From contig CAYURP010000002.1 in NCBI GenBank assembly GCA_964447175.1, positions 937 through 64,936 on the forward strand: DNA of 64,000 nt. The letters are read 5' to 3'. Below, piece by piece: positions 55,939-64,000 of this stretch (position 1 is its first letter; every line of letters starts with the position of its first letter). The notes below the pieces were generated by a model. It was not told the origin of the DNA and did not search any database. It saw only the letters and a list, made by a program, of their open reading frames with translations. A program made the translations under genes and the position numbers. The stretch is from an uncultured Ignavibacteria bacterium (lineage in GTDB: Bacteria; Zixibacteria; MSB-5A5; SM23-73-2).

Positions 55939-56523
55939 ATGAGTTCTTTTGAGGAACCCCTTAAGGTTTTTAAGCTTTTAGCTGGTTTTAAAATACACTG
56001 GTTTGTGGCTGGTGGATGGGCTATAGATCTTTTTTTAGGCAAGGTAACCCGGGAGCACGAGGACATTGAAATAGTTATTTTCAGGTGCGATCAGCTGACG
56101 CTTCGAGATTACCTTAAGGATTGGGAATTCAAAAAAGTAATACCCGTACCCAAAATGCACACGGAACTCTGGAAAGAGAACGAATGGCTGGACTTGCCAG
56201 TTCATGAAATTCACGCCCAGAATTCGAACAGTGATCTGCCGCATCTGGAAATTCTTGTGAATGAATCTTCTGGTGACGAGTGGAGGTTCCGCAGGAATCC
56301 TAATATCACTCGATCAATTTCAATGCTTGGCACTCGCTCTCAAAATGGTATACCTTTTTTAAATCCTGAAATCATTCTGCTGTACAAGGCAAAAAATCCT
56401 AATCCTCAGGATGAAGCTGACTTCAAGAACGTTCGCAAGATACTGGGGCAAGAACCACGTGGCTGGCTAAAGCAGGCTGTCAAAGTCTGTTATCCCGGGC
56501 ACCAGTGGCTTGAGACTCTGTAA
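55939..56523 (+). CDS. aminoglycoside 2''-nucleotidyltransferase (ANT(2'')-Ia)-like nucleotidyltransferase family protein
   Basis: 194 aa. N-terminal WFVAGGWAIDLFLGKVTREHEDIEIVI closely parallels ANT(2'')-Ia GGGWAIDARLGRVTRKHDDIDL (recalled from memory). Confidence 0.55.
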   Translation: MSSFEEPLKVFKLLAGFKIHWFVAGGWAIDLFLGKVTREHEDIEIVIFRCDQLTLRDYLKDWEFKKVIPVPKMHTELWKENEWLDLPVHEIHAQNSNSDLPHLEILVNESSGDEWRFRRNPNITRSISMLGTRSQNGIPFLNPEIILLYKAKNPNPQDEADFKNVRKILGQEPRGWLKQAVKVCYPGHQWLETL

Positions 56524-56628
56524 CTTTGATAAAGCTTAAAATCAAGAGTTAATAATGTAGTTCATATTTAACTATATAAAAAGCGGATTCTATCTGGAAA
56601 AAGGTAGGCCAATTTGGAGGTGAGGTAG

Positions 56629-57198
56629 ATGAACGTTTTAGGAATATCCGGAACTCCCAGAGAAAACGGAAACAGCGAGATCCTGTTGGAGTATGCATTA
56701 CGGCCATTTAAGGCAAGAGGATGGAATATCCTGCACCTTCGCCTGAGGGAGATGAACATCCATCCATGTCGAGCCTGTGAAGAATGCAAAAAGCAAGGGG
56801 AATGTATAACCGATGATGATATGCACACGGTCTATGACTCTTTTAGATGGTGTGACGCGATCCTGATTTCCAGTCCAGTTTATTCCCGTAATGTTTCCGC
56901 TCAGGTGATGGCTGTTTTAGATCGAAGCTACGCTTTAAATCATGAAAGAGCTTTGCAGGGAAAGGTTGGGGGAGCAATTGCCGTGGGACGGGGAACCTGC
57001 GGAGGACAGACCATCACCATAAACGGAATTTATAACTGGATGCTGAGCGCTGGCATGGTGTGTGTTCCAGGTGAATTAAATGGCGTTACTGCCGTAGCAT
57101 CTGAGCCAGGGGATGTTCTGAAGCAGGAGAATCGCCTGAGGCAGGCTATAATTTTAGGTGAGAACGTGTTGAATGTGGCTCACAAGCTGAAGTCATAA
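56629..57198 (+). CDS. flavodoxin-fold NAD(P)H-dependent FMN reductase / iron-sulfur-flavoprotein-like protein
   Basis: 189 aa. MNVLGISGTPRENGNSEILL... plus a CRACEECKKQGEC cysteine cluster, as in Isf-type FMN-reductase-fold proteins. Confidence 0.6.
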   Translation: MNVLGISGTPRENGNSEILLEYALRPFKARGWNILHLRLREMNIHPCRACEECKKQGECITDDDMHTVYDSFRWCDAILISSPVYSRNVSAQVMAVLDRSYALNHERALQGKVGGAIAVGRGTCGGQTITINGIYNWMLSAGMVCVPGELNGVTAVASEPGDVLKQENRLRQAIILGENVLNVAHKLKS

Positions 57199-57312
57199 TA
57201 TCTGAAATTTATCGGGAGCGAGTATAAAACAGAATTTATGAGTTTATAAAAATAGACAAAATCTTACAAATGGATAAAGATGTAAAAAATTAAGTAACCA
57301 GGGAGTGCAATT

Positions 57313-57651
57313 ATGTCAGATATATTTCCGGAGCCAATAAGAAATCTGCCTGAAGCAGACGTTCCATTGAAAGGGGTTAAGGCATATCTTTCCCAATCGG
57401 AGACCCATCAGATTATTTTTATGGAATTCTCAGAAGATATCGAAGTGCAGGAGCATTCGCACGAAAGCCAATGGGGAATCATTCTGGCGGGTAAGATAGA
57501 TTTGACTGTGGATGGTGTTAAACGGACGTATTCAAGAGGTGACCGCTACTTCATTCCTAAAGGCGTAAAACACGGGGCAAAGATATATGCAGGCTATGCT
57601 GACATGACATTTTTCAACCAGAAGGATCGCTACAAAGCAAAACAAGATTAG
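57313..57651 (+). CDS. cupin-domain protein
   Basis: 112 aa. Two-His motif E-x-H-x-H (VQEHSHESQWGIIL) and a second motif (YFIPKGVKHG) typical of the small cupin fold. Confidence 0.55.
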   Translation: MSDIFPEPIRNLPEADVPLKGVKAYLSQSETHQIIFMEFSEDIEVQEHSHESQWGIILAGKIDLTVDGVKRTYSRGDRYFIPKGVKHGAKIYAGYADMTFFNQKDRYKAKQD

Positions 57652-57865
57652 TCAACTCAATTATCCAAAAGTTTGAAAGTATTTTAGCGTACCTCATCAA
57701 GATATGATTTCGGTCTAATCTAAAGGCTTGACTTAACATTTTATATCATTATCTTAATGACGGTCTGCAATTCTATAAAGACCCCTTAAATGAAGTAAAT
57801 GGTTTGATAATTAAAGTCCTATGTTTCTTAGATGAATTAGTAAAAATGATTGAAAAGGAGGTAAT

Positions 57866-59230
57866 ATGTTCCAGAAGTTACGAGAAATCTTAAGCAAAAT
57901 TGACGCTGATTATGCGGACGTCCGCTACGAGATCAAAAAGGAGTCTGTTATCTCATTCAGCGGAAAGGAGCTTACCCAGATCGGCTCTAATTCCACGGAT
58001 GGATATGTGATAAGGGCGCTAAAAGACGGTGGGTTGGCTTCGGTTGTCTTCACCAAACAGTCCGATGCTGAGAAAGCAGTCAGATCCGTGGTGGAGAACG
58101 CACAGCTGATTTCTAAAAACATTGATAAGCCGGTTAAGCTGGCGCAGGTGGAAAAAGCGAAGGATACCTTTATCCCTACCTTGAAGGAGGACCCCAGAAA
58201 AGTTAGTATGGAGGAGAAACTGGAGTTGATTAGAAAGTATAATGATATAGTCCTGGGATTTGACAAGATTGCCACCACAGCCATAGGCTACGAGGAGGTA
58301 ATGAGGGAAAAATACTTCCTCAGCTCAGAGGGTTCAGAGATACGGGAGGATCTGATAACCACCAGGCTGAGAGGTGAGCTGATAAGCACAGAGGGTAACT
58401 TAAGGCAGAATATCCGGGTAGCTGCTGGCGGGAGCAACGGATTTTCCACTATCAGGGATCAGGAAAGCTATTTTGAGAAGCGAGCCAAAACAGTAATTGA
58501 CCTTTTGAAAGCCAAGCCGGTCAAAGGCGGAACTTATAACTGTATTTTGAATCCCAGCATGGCAGGTGTTTTCACCCATGAGGCATTTGGCCATTTTTCC
58601 GAAGCGGATTTGATTGAGAACCTTCCGGCAATGCGGGAGAAAATGAAAATTGGAAACAAGCTGGGCAATGACATCCTGAATATAGCGGACAATGCTACAT
58701 TACCGGATCAGCTCGGATTCTACAAATATGATGATGAAGGAATAAAGGTTCGACACACCCAGCTTATGAAAAATGGCGTTTTAACCGGTCATTTACATTC
58801 AAGAAGAACTGCTGCTGAATTCGGGGAACCCATCTCGGGCCACACAGTGGCTGAGGATTATCGCTATGCTCCCATAATCAGGATGGGGACCATATTCATC
58901 GAGCGGGGCAAGCATACCTTCGATGATCTGGTTAAAATGCTGGGCGATGGATTGTACGTCCTGGATGCCAAGGGCGGCGAGACCTCCGGTGAGAATTTCA
59001 GTTTCGGTGCCCAGTATGCCTACCATGTGAAAAATGGCAAGGTGGGTGAGATGGTGCGGGATATAAACGTCTCGGGCAACCTGTACCAGACATTGAAGAA
59101 CATAAATGCAATCGGGAATGATTTTACCCTGTCAAAAGTTGGGGGCTGTGGCAAGTGGCAGGCTAATATCCGTTCCTGTTACGGGGGTCCGCATATACTT
59201 GTCAACAATCTCGTCATAGGAGGTGTGTGA
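57866..59230 (+). CDS. tldD: TldD-family metalloprotease
   Basis: 454 aa. HExxxH-type motif FTHEAFGHFSEAD and a GxC-containing C-terminal region (GGCGKWQ) typical of TldD. Confidence 0.8.
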   Translation: MFQKLREILSKIDADYADVRYEIKKESVISFSGKELTQIGSNSTDGYVIRALKDGGLASVVFTKQSDAEKAVRSVVENAQLISKNIDKPVKLAQVEKAKDTFIPTLKEDPRKVSMEEKLELIRKYNDIVLGFDKIATTAIGYEEVMREKYFLSSEGSEIREDLITTRLRGELISTEGNLRQNIRVAAGGSNGFSTIRDQESYFEKRAKTVIDLLKAKPVKGGTYNCILNPSMAGVFTHEAFGHFSEADLIENLPAMREKMKIGNKLGNDILNIADNATLPDQLGFYKYDDEGIKVRHTQLMKNGVLTGHLHSRRTAAEFGEPISGHTVAEDYRYAPIIRMGTIFIERGKHTFDDLVKMLGDGLYVLDAKGGETSGENFSFGAQYAYHVKNGKVGEMVRDINVSGNLYQTLKNINAIGNDFTLSKVGGCGKWQANIRSCYGGPHILVNNLVIGGV

Positions 59231-60540
59231 TGGAGAAATTACTGGAAATGGCTAAAAAGGTATGCGACAAGTCAGAGGTTTATTCGGTGGAATATACCAA
59301 CAATCACGTTTCATTTGAAAATGCCAAACTTCAGAACATAGATAACAAGTTTCAGTCAGGGTTAAGTCTGAGAATAATCAAAGACGGTAAGCTGGGATTT
59401 GCCTACACCAGGAATCTGATAAATCGGGAAGAGCTTGTGCAGAATGCCCTTGAGTCTTTGAAAGGTGGAGTGGAGGCAGAGTATGATTTTCCTTTGACCA
59501 ATGATCTTCCCAAGCTCAATACCTATGATTCATCTATGGAAAAGCTTTCAGGCAGGGATATGGTGAATGAGTGTGCTCGGGTGTGCGATCACTTAAAATC
59601 CAATACGGACGGTGAGATCGAGATGAATTCACTTGCCGTCACAGATAAGTTACGCATCATAAACACCGAGGGAACCGACATCACCGGGCAAAGCACCACC
59701 TACGCCATGTTCGGAGCTATAACCTATCCCGGAGTCGGCACAGGCATCTTGAGATTTTTCCAGGATAAAAAATTCGATAAGTTTCCTGACGACACAGCAA
59801 ACGATATGATCCAGCTTTACCAGGCATCCTCCAAAGTTGTGGAAATCAAAGGGGGCAAGATGAAGGTGATGTTTATGCCCAACAGCTGGATTACGCTCAC
59901 CTGGAGAATCTCAAGCGGCACAAGCTCCAAATCGGTTTACGAGAAAATCTCGCCTGTGGCAGATAAGGTGGGAAAGAAGATATTCGATGAAAAACTCACC
60001 ATCTGTGACGATCCCTTAGACGATAAATTCCCCGGAGCCCGGGCATTCGATGATGAGGGAGTCAAATGCAGGCCCTTAACCCTGGTGGAAAACGGGGTAT
60101 TGAAAAGCTTTTACTATGATCTGGACTACGCCAAAAAGATGAAAGCTAAATCCACCGGACACGGGTACAGAACGTCAATGTGGGGAGGGGATTCCATTAC
60201 AATGAAGCCCATACCAGCCCTTTCTCACTTAAGAGTAAAAACCGGCAATAAGTCCTTCTCGGATTTGTTAAAATCAATGGACAAAGGCATCATAATCGAA
60301 GGAGCATTAGGACCCCACAGTGGAAACATACCCAATGGAGATTACTCAGTTGGTATCAGTCCGGGATTGTATGTGGAGAACGGCGAGATAGTAGGCCGGG
60401 TAAAGGACGTAATGGCAGCAGGCAATATCTACGAGACCTTGAAAAACGTCGTGGATATCGGCGACACCCTATATCCCACCTGGTTTGGTGCCTGGGTGCC
60501 GGCAATAGTATTCGACAACGTAAGCGTCGCCGCGAAGTAG
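59227..60540 (+). CDS. pmbA: PmbA/TldE-family protein (TldD partner)
   Basis: 437 aa. PmbA_TldD fold with no HExxxH. A 4-nt overlap with tldD suggests a coupled heterodimer pair. Confidence 0.75.
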   Translation: MMEKLLEMAKKVCDKSEVYSVEYTNNHVSFENAKLQNIDNKFQSGLSLRIIKDGKLGFAYTRNLINREELVQNALESLKGGVEAEYDFPLTNDLPKLNTYDSSMEKLSGRDMVNECARVCDHLKSNTDGEIEMNSLAVTDKLRIINTEGTDITGQSTTYAMFGAITYPGVGTGILRFFQDKKFDKFPDDTANDMIQLYQASSKVVEIKGGKMKVMFMPNSWITLTWRISSGTSSKSVYEKISPVADKVGKKIFDEKLTICDDPLDDKFPGARAFDDEGVKCRPLTLVENGVLKSFYYDLDYAKKMKAKSTGHGYRTSMWGGDSITMKPIPALSHLRVKTGNKSFSDLLKSMDKGIIIEGALGPHSGNIPNGDYSVGISPGLYVENGEIVGRVKDVMAAGNIYETLKNVVDIGDTLYPTWFGAWVPAIVFDNVSVAAK

Positions 60541-60585
60541 TGTATGGTTGATAGTTATTAGTAGTTAGTAAAGATCAAAACATAT

Positions 60586-60710
60586 AGCCCGTAGGCTGGG
60601 CACCCTTGCCCAGCCGTAGATTCGGAAGGGCTGGTCATGCCATAGGCAGATCCCTGCCAACGAAAGTAAAGACATATATCCCGTGTAGGTCGGGCACCCC
60701 TGCCCGACCA
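60586..60710. repeat. inverted copy plus partial copy of dispersed hairpin-repeat family R1
   Basis: cccgtaggctgggcacccttgcccagccgtag...ggctggtcatgccataggcagatc is the reverse complement of 45968-46028. A second partial copy is gtaggtcgggcacccctgcccgacc. Confidence 0.6.
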
Positions 60711-60940
60711 CCCTCTCCTCCTTTTTTCACGGTTATAGATTCTCTACAAAATAAAAGCTTGACTGAAGGGGTAAATGAACATAGTTTTATAATAGTTGAA
60801 GCTTTTGCGAATTTGGAATTTTCGGGTGGTTCACAGTAGCCAAGTACAACTCAGAATCTGGGAATTAGAAAATGTCGATGCTGAAAGACTAAGAAGCATG
60901 GGCAGTTTTATTGCTGTATGGCCAAAAAGAGGAGGCTTAA

Positions 60941-61399
60941 ATGAAGTACTTAGATCGAGCTAAAGAAATCATTGAAGAATTCCGTAAAGTAAGTCATTTG
61001 CCTGTTGACTTAGACGAACTTTGCTTTGAGATCAAAGCTCCAGAAGACCATGAAAGAGGGAGAAGGTTCTTTTTGTTTGCTCGAGATTTCAATCAAGCTG
61101 GCGCAGTTGAGTTTGAAATAAAGTGTGTACTCGGTACAATCGAGGACCCTATAGCTTGTGTGAATCTCGCGCTCCTTAATGGACGAAATTGTGGATACAA
61201 GCATGGTCTTTTTGCATGCGGCTTACGCGCAGATCCCTCGGTTCCTCCGTTTTTTGTTTTGGCGAGACGCATGGCATTTGCCCCTTCGACTTTTGCACGA
61301 GAGGCGGGTGGTATGCTTTGGGCAGAGCTTATCCCCATTATACGTCCGCCTTTTACATCTATGGAATTAGAAGCCCCGGAGGGTGTTTCCTTGTTTTAG
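60941..61399 (+). CDS. hypothetical protein (partner of downstream STAND NTPase?)
   Basis: 152 aa with RBS gaggagg, no signal peptide and no recognised motif. By eye the GC content looks higher than in flanking DNA. Confidence 0.4.
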   Translation: MKYLDRAKEIIEEFRKVSHLPVDLDELCFEIKAPEDHERGRRFFLFARDFNQAGAVEFEIKCVLGTIEDPIACVNLALLNGRNCGYKHGLFACGLRADPSVPPFFVLARRMAFAPSTFAREAGGMLWAELIPIIRPPFTSMELEAPEGVSLF

Positions 61400-61468
61400 A
61401 ATGATTGCTAATTTCTCTCGATGCATCGCCATTAGGAAATATTGAGGCTTATGAAGGAGTGAGTTAGA

Positions 61469-63919
61469 ATGGAAATAATCGTAGCGCTGATTGGAGTGGC
61501 AGGTGGGATTGCAGCGGTATATTTCGGCTATTGGCTCGTGAAGAGGGACCGCGAGAAGGACAAAGGCCAAGAACCACGAAAACCACTTCGTCCACCATCC
61601 CCTCCGACACCAAGCAGTCTACCGGAAGCGATTCCTAAACTTCCTGATCCCTACTTTGCTCATCCCTATCCTTTGCAGAAAAATTTCACTGGCAGGATGG
61701 CTGAAAGAATGGAGTTAACCGAATGGTTCACTAAAAGCTCTGATCCAATGTTTGCCTATATTGCCATTGGAGGTATGGGTAAGTCTGCACTTACCTGGTA
61801 TTGGTTGAATGAGGATATCATTAAACAGGGATTGGCACCGGAGGGAGTTATCTGGTGGTCTTTTTATGACGAAGAAGCAAGATTTGAGACTTTCTTACTG
61901 AAAGCCATCCAATATGCAAGCAAAGGCAAAACCGATCCTAAAACGATAGACTCCACACGAGATAGAATGGAGTGCCTTTGCCACCTCCTTCGTGATAACC
62001 GATTTCTCTTAGTTCTTGACGGCGTAGAGCGCGTCCTTCGGGAGTACGCCGGCTTGGGGTCTCCTTATAAAGGTGATGAGGTGAAAGAGGATGAAAGGGG
62101 AGATTTCCGGGTGTGTGTCGATCCGAATGTTGGCATGTTTTTACAGTGGTTATGCTCTAGTAATCCACAGACAAAGATACTCCTCACCAGTAGATTGTTT
62201 CCAAAAGAGCTGGATGGTATGTCAGGATGCTGTAAAGAAGAACTGGAGGAGATGTACAAACAGGATGCAGTTGAGTTTTTTCTTCTGCAAGGAGTTAAAG
62301 GAACAAGAGCTGAAATCGAGAGGGCTTGTGAGCCTTATGGTTGTCATCCGTTGGGCTTAAGACTACTCTCAGGTATGATTTTGAAAGATCCAAAATTTCA
62401 GGGTGATATAGTGGGATGGACAAGACATAATCCCATACCTGAATTAACAGGGACACAAAGACAACATCATATATTAGGATTATCCTATGACTCATTAGAT
62501 TCGTCGAAACAATCGCTAATAAGCAAACTATCAGCATTCAGGTATCCGATGGCCTATGATGCAATCTCTATTTTAAATGAATTTGGAAATGAAAAGGAAT
62601 TCGATGAAGCATTAATTGAATTGAGAGATAGGGGCCTGTTACTGCGAAATGACAAGACAAATAGATACGACCTGCACCCTATTGTAAGAAGCTACTGCTA
62701 TGATAGACTGTTAGATAAAAAAGGCGTTCATTCTCAATTACGCGACTACTTTGCAAAAGTGCCACAACCTGAAAGGGTAGAATCTCTGGACGATTTAGCG
62801 CCGGTTATTGAATTGTATCACCATACAGTGAATTCGGGGAGGTATGATGAGGCTTTTCATTTGGTACCTGAACGGCTTCATGGCCCCCTTTATTATGTTC
62901 TTGGTGCTTATCAAACTGTTATTGACCTTCTTTGCGCTTTATTCCCAGATGGTGAAGATAAGCCACCGCGGTTAAAAGAAAAAAATGCTCAGTCGTGGGC
63001 ACTGCACTCATTAGCAGGCTCCTACTCCATATCTGGTCAGAGTAATAAGGCAGTCCCGCTGTTGCAGATGGGAAATGAGATTGACCAGAGACTAGAAAAT
63101 AAACAAGGGCTTGCTGTCGGTTTGGGATGTCTTGCCCTTGGGCCTCAAATTTTGCTTGGTGAACTTAAGTCTGCTGAGGCTAACTTACGGCGTTCAATTG
63201 ACTTATCTCACGAAATTGAGCATGAATTTGATGAAGCTGTTGGCCATGAAGAGCTTGGTCGATTGCTCGCATATCAAGGTAGGTTTGAGGAATCAGAAAC
63301 CGAGCTTTTAAAAGCACAAGGAGTGTTTGACCAATACGGCCATACTGAAACCAATTTAGTGTCTGTTGTCCGAGCATATCTTTCCTTGCTTGCCCTTTTC
63401 ATCGACAAGCCTTCGGTAGCTTTAGAATTTGCAGAAAAGGCGTTTGAACTTGCTAAGAAATCACAGAAAGCAAAATGTCCATATGCCGGACCTCAGGACA
63501 TCATTCGAGCTGAATGGATACTTGGTGCTTCGTATCTTGCTAACGAGGATTTGCCAAATGCTGAGAAACATTTACATGAGTCATTGAATAGGGACAGAAG
63601 AATAAATATGGTGGATTTAGAGCCGGACATCCTTTTGGAACTGGCGAAACTTAGATTTAAACAAAAACATAAGGGACATAAAGAAGAAGCATTAAAACTG
63701 GCTAATGAGGCTTTGCAGATTGCAGATAGATGCGAGTATAGGCTGAAGCAGGCGGATATACATAATTTCATGGCAGAATTTTATCTTGGCAAAAAGGATT
63801 ATTCGACCGCAAAAGAACACGCTGATATTGCCGAAGAGCGAGCGAAATGCGGGTATAAGCCGGCGCTGGATAAAGCCATAAAATTATCGAAGTTGATTGC
63901 TGAAAAATCGAAGAGTTGA
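61469..63919 (+). CDS. membrane-anchored STAND-class NTPase (NB-ARC/AAA-like P-loop domain + C-terminal TPR array)
   Basis: 816 aa. N-terminal TM IVALIGVAGGIAAVYFGYWLV and a Pro-rich linker. Walker A IAIGGMGKSALT, Walker B FLLVLDGVE. The C-terminal ~350 aa are TPR-like helices. Confidence 0.65.
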   Translation: MEIIVALIGVAGGIAAVYFGYWLVKRDREKDKGQEPRKPLRPPSPPTPSSLPEAIPKLPDPYFAHPYPLQKNFTGRMAERMELTEWFTKSSDPMFAYIAIGGMGKSALTWYWLNEDIIKQGLAPEGVIWWSFYDEEARFETFLLKAIQYASKGKTDPKTIDSTRDRMECLCHLLRDNRFLLVLDGVERVLREYAGLGSPYKGDEVKEDERGDFRVCVDPNVGMFLQWLCSSNPQTKILLTSRLFPKELDGMSGCCKEELEEMYKQDAVEFFLLQGVKGTRAEIERACEPYGCHPLGLRLLSGMILKDPKFQGDIVGWTRHNPIPELTGTQRQHHILGLSYDSLDSSKQSLISKLSAFRYPMAYDAISILNEFGNEKEFDEALIELRDRGLLLRNDKTNRYDLHPIVRSYCYDRLLDKKGVHSQLRDYFAKVPQPERVESLDDLAPVIELYHHTVNSGRYDEAFHLVPERLHGPLYYVLGAYQTVIDLLCALFPDGEDKPPRLKEKNAQSWALHSLAGSYSISGQSNKAVPLLQMGNEIDQRLENKQGLAVGLGCLALGPQILLGELKSAEANLRRSIDLSHEIEHEFDEAVGHEELGRLLAYQGRFEESETELLKAQGVFDQYGHTETNLVSVVRAYLSLLALFIDKPSVALEFAEKAFELAKKSQKAKCPYAGPQDIIRAEWILGASYLANEDLPNAEKHLHESLNRDRRINMVDLEPDILLELAKLRFKQKHKGHKEEALKLANEALQIADRCEYRLKQADIHNFMAEFYLGKKDYSTAKEHADIAEERAKCGYKPALDKAIKLSKLIAEKSKS

Positions 63920-64000
63920 ATAATGCTATGACGAATGACGTATGATTGATGACGAATAACGGATAACGAAACGGATTTTACGAATCACGAATAACGTATA

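Noticed and set aside
60606-60839. 77-aa ORF in the intergenic region after pmbA
   Set aside because: It lies inside copies of the dispersed hairpin repeat, and the Pro/Arg-rich translation has no RBS. It is likely non-coding.

Overview
This 64-kb window appears to come from an uncultivated, moderately AT-rich Gram-negative bacterium. T9SS type-A C-terminal sorting domains, a PorV-like barrel, dockerin modules and CarboxypepD_reg-TonB-dependent-receptor-like outer-membrane proteins point to the FCB superphylum, but that placement is an inference. Housekeeping genes (murI, an Amidase_3 amidase, smpB, tRNA-Leu(CAG), tRNA-Phe(GAA), ubiE/menG, skp, tldD/pmbA) are interleaved with accessory, surface-associated content. 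(1) Two paralogous secreted repeat proteins share an N-terminal domain. One carries about 15 Gly-rich decapeptide repeats. The other carries three ~90-aa repeats and a phage-tail-fibre-like C-terminus. (2) A small secreted protein and a papain-family (C1) protease each carry a C-terminal dockerin. (3) There are two paralogous CarboxypepD_reg/plug/barrel outer-membrane receptors. (4) A T9SS CTD cargo protein is paired with a PorV/PorQ-like barrel. (5) A two-component system consists of one sensor kinase, two stand-alone receiver proteins and a PF04392-type periplasmic binding protein. (6) A complete MSHA-type type IV pilus cluster is present (two prepilins, PilM/N-like fusion, lipoprotein secretin, ExeA-like ATPase, TPR protein, GspE-like ATPase with a tandem MshEN-like c-di-GMP motif, GspF). 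(7) The most unusual locus is a 4-gene, translationally coupled, minus-strand operon. It encodes two small Thr/Gly-rich secreted subunit-like proteins, a periplasmic protein and a 946-aa barrel with two C-terminal beta-sandwich domains. It lies immediately downstream of a TPR-GAF-sigma-54 enhancer-binding protein and may be a divergent sigma-fimbria or chaperone-usher-like surface-fibre system. (8) A membrane HExxH protease is fused to an HlyD-like adaptor. (9) A repeat-dense, partly degraded region brackets ubiE, and at least two dispersed MITE-like hairpin-repeat families are present. (10) After tldD/pmbA, an apparently higher-GC segment (by eye) encodes a membrane-anchored STAND (NB-ARC-like + TPR) NTPase with a small upstream partner, which is a possible defence or signalling island. 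No CRISPR array, rRNA or clear prophage was seen.
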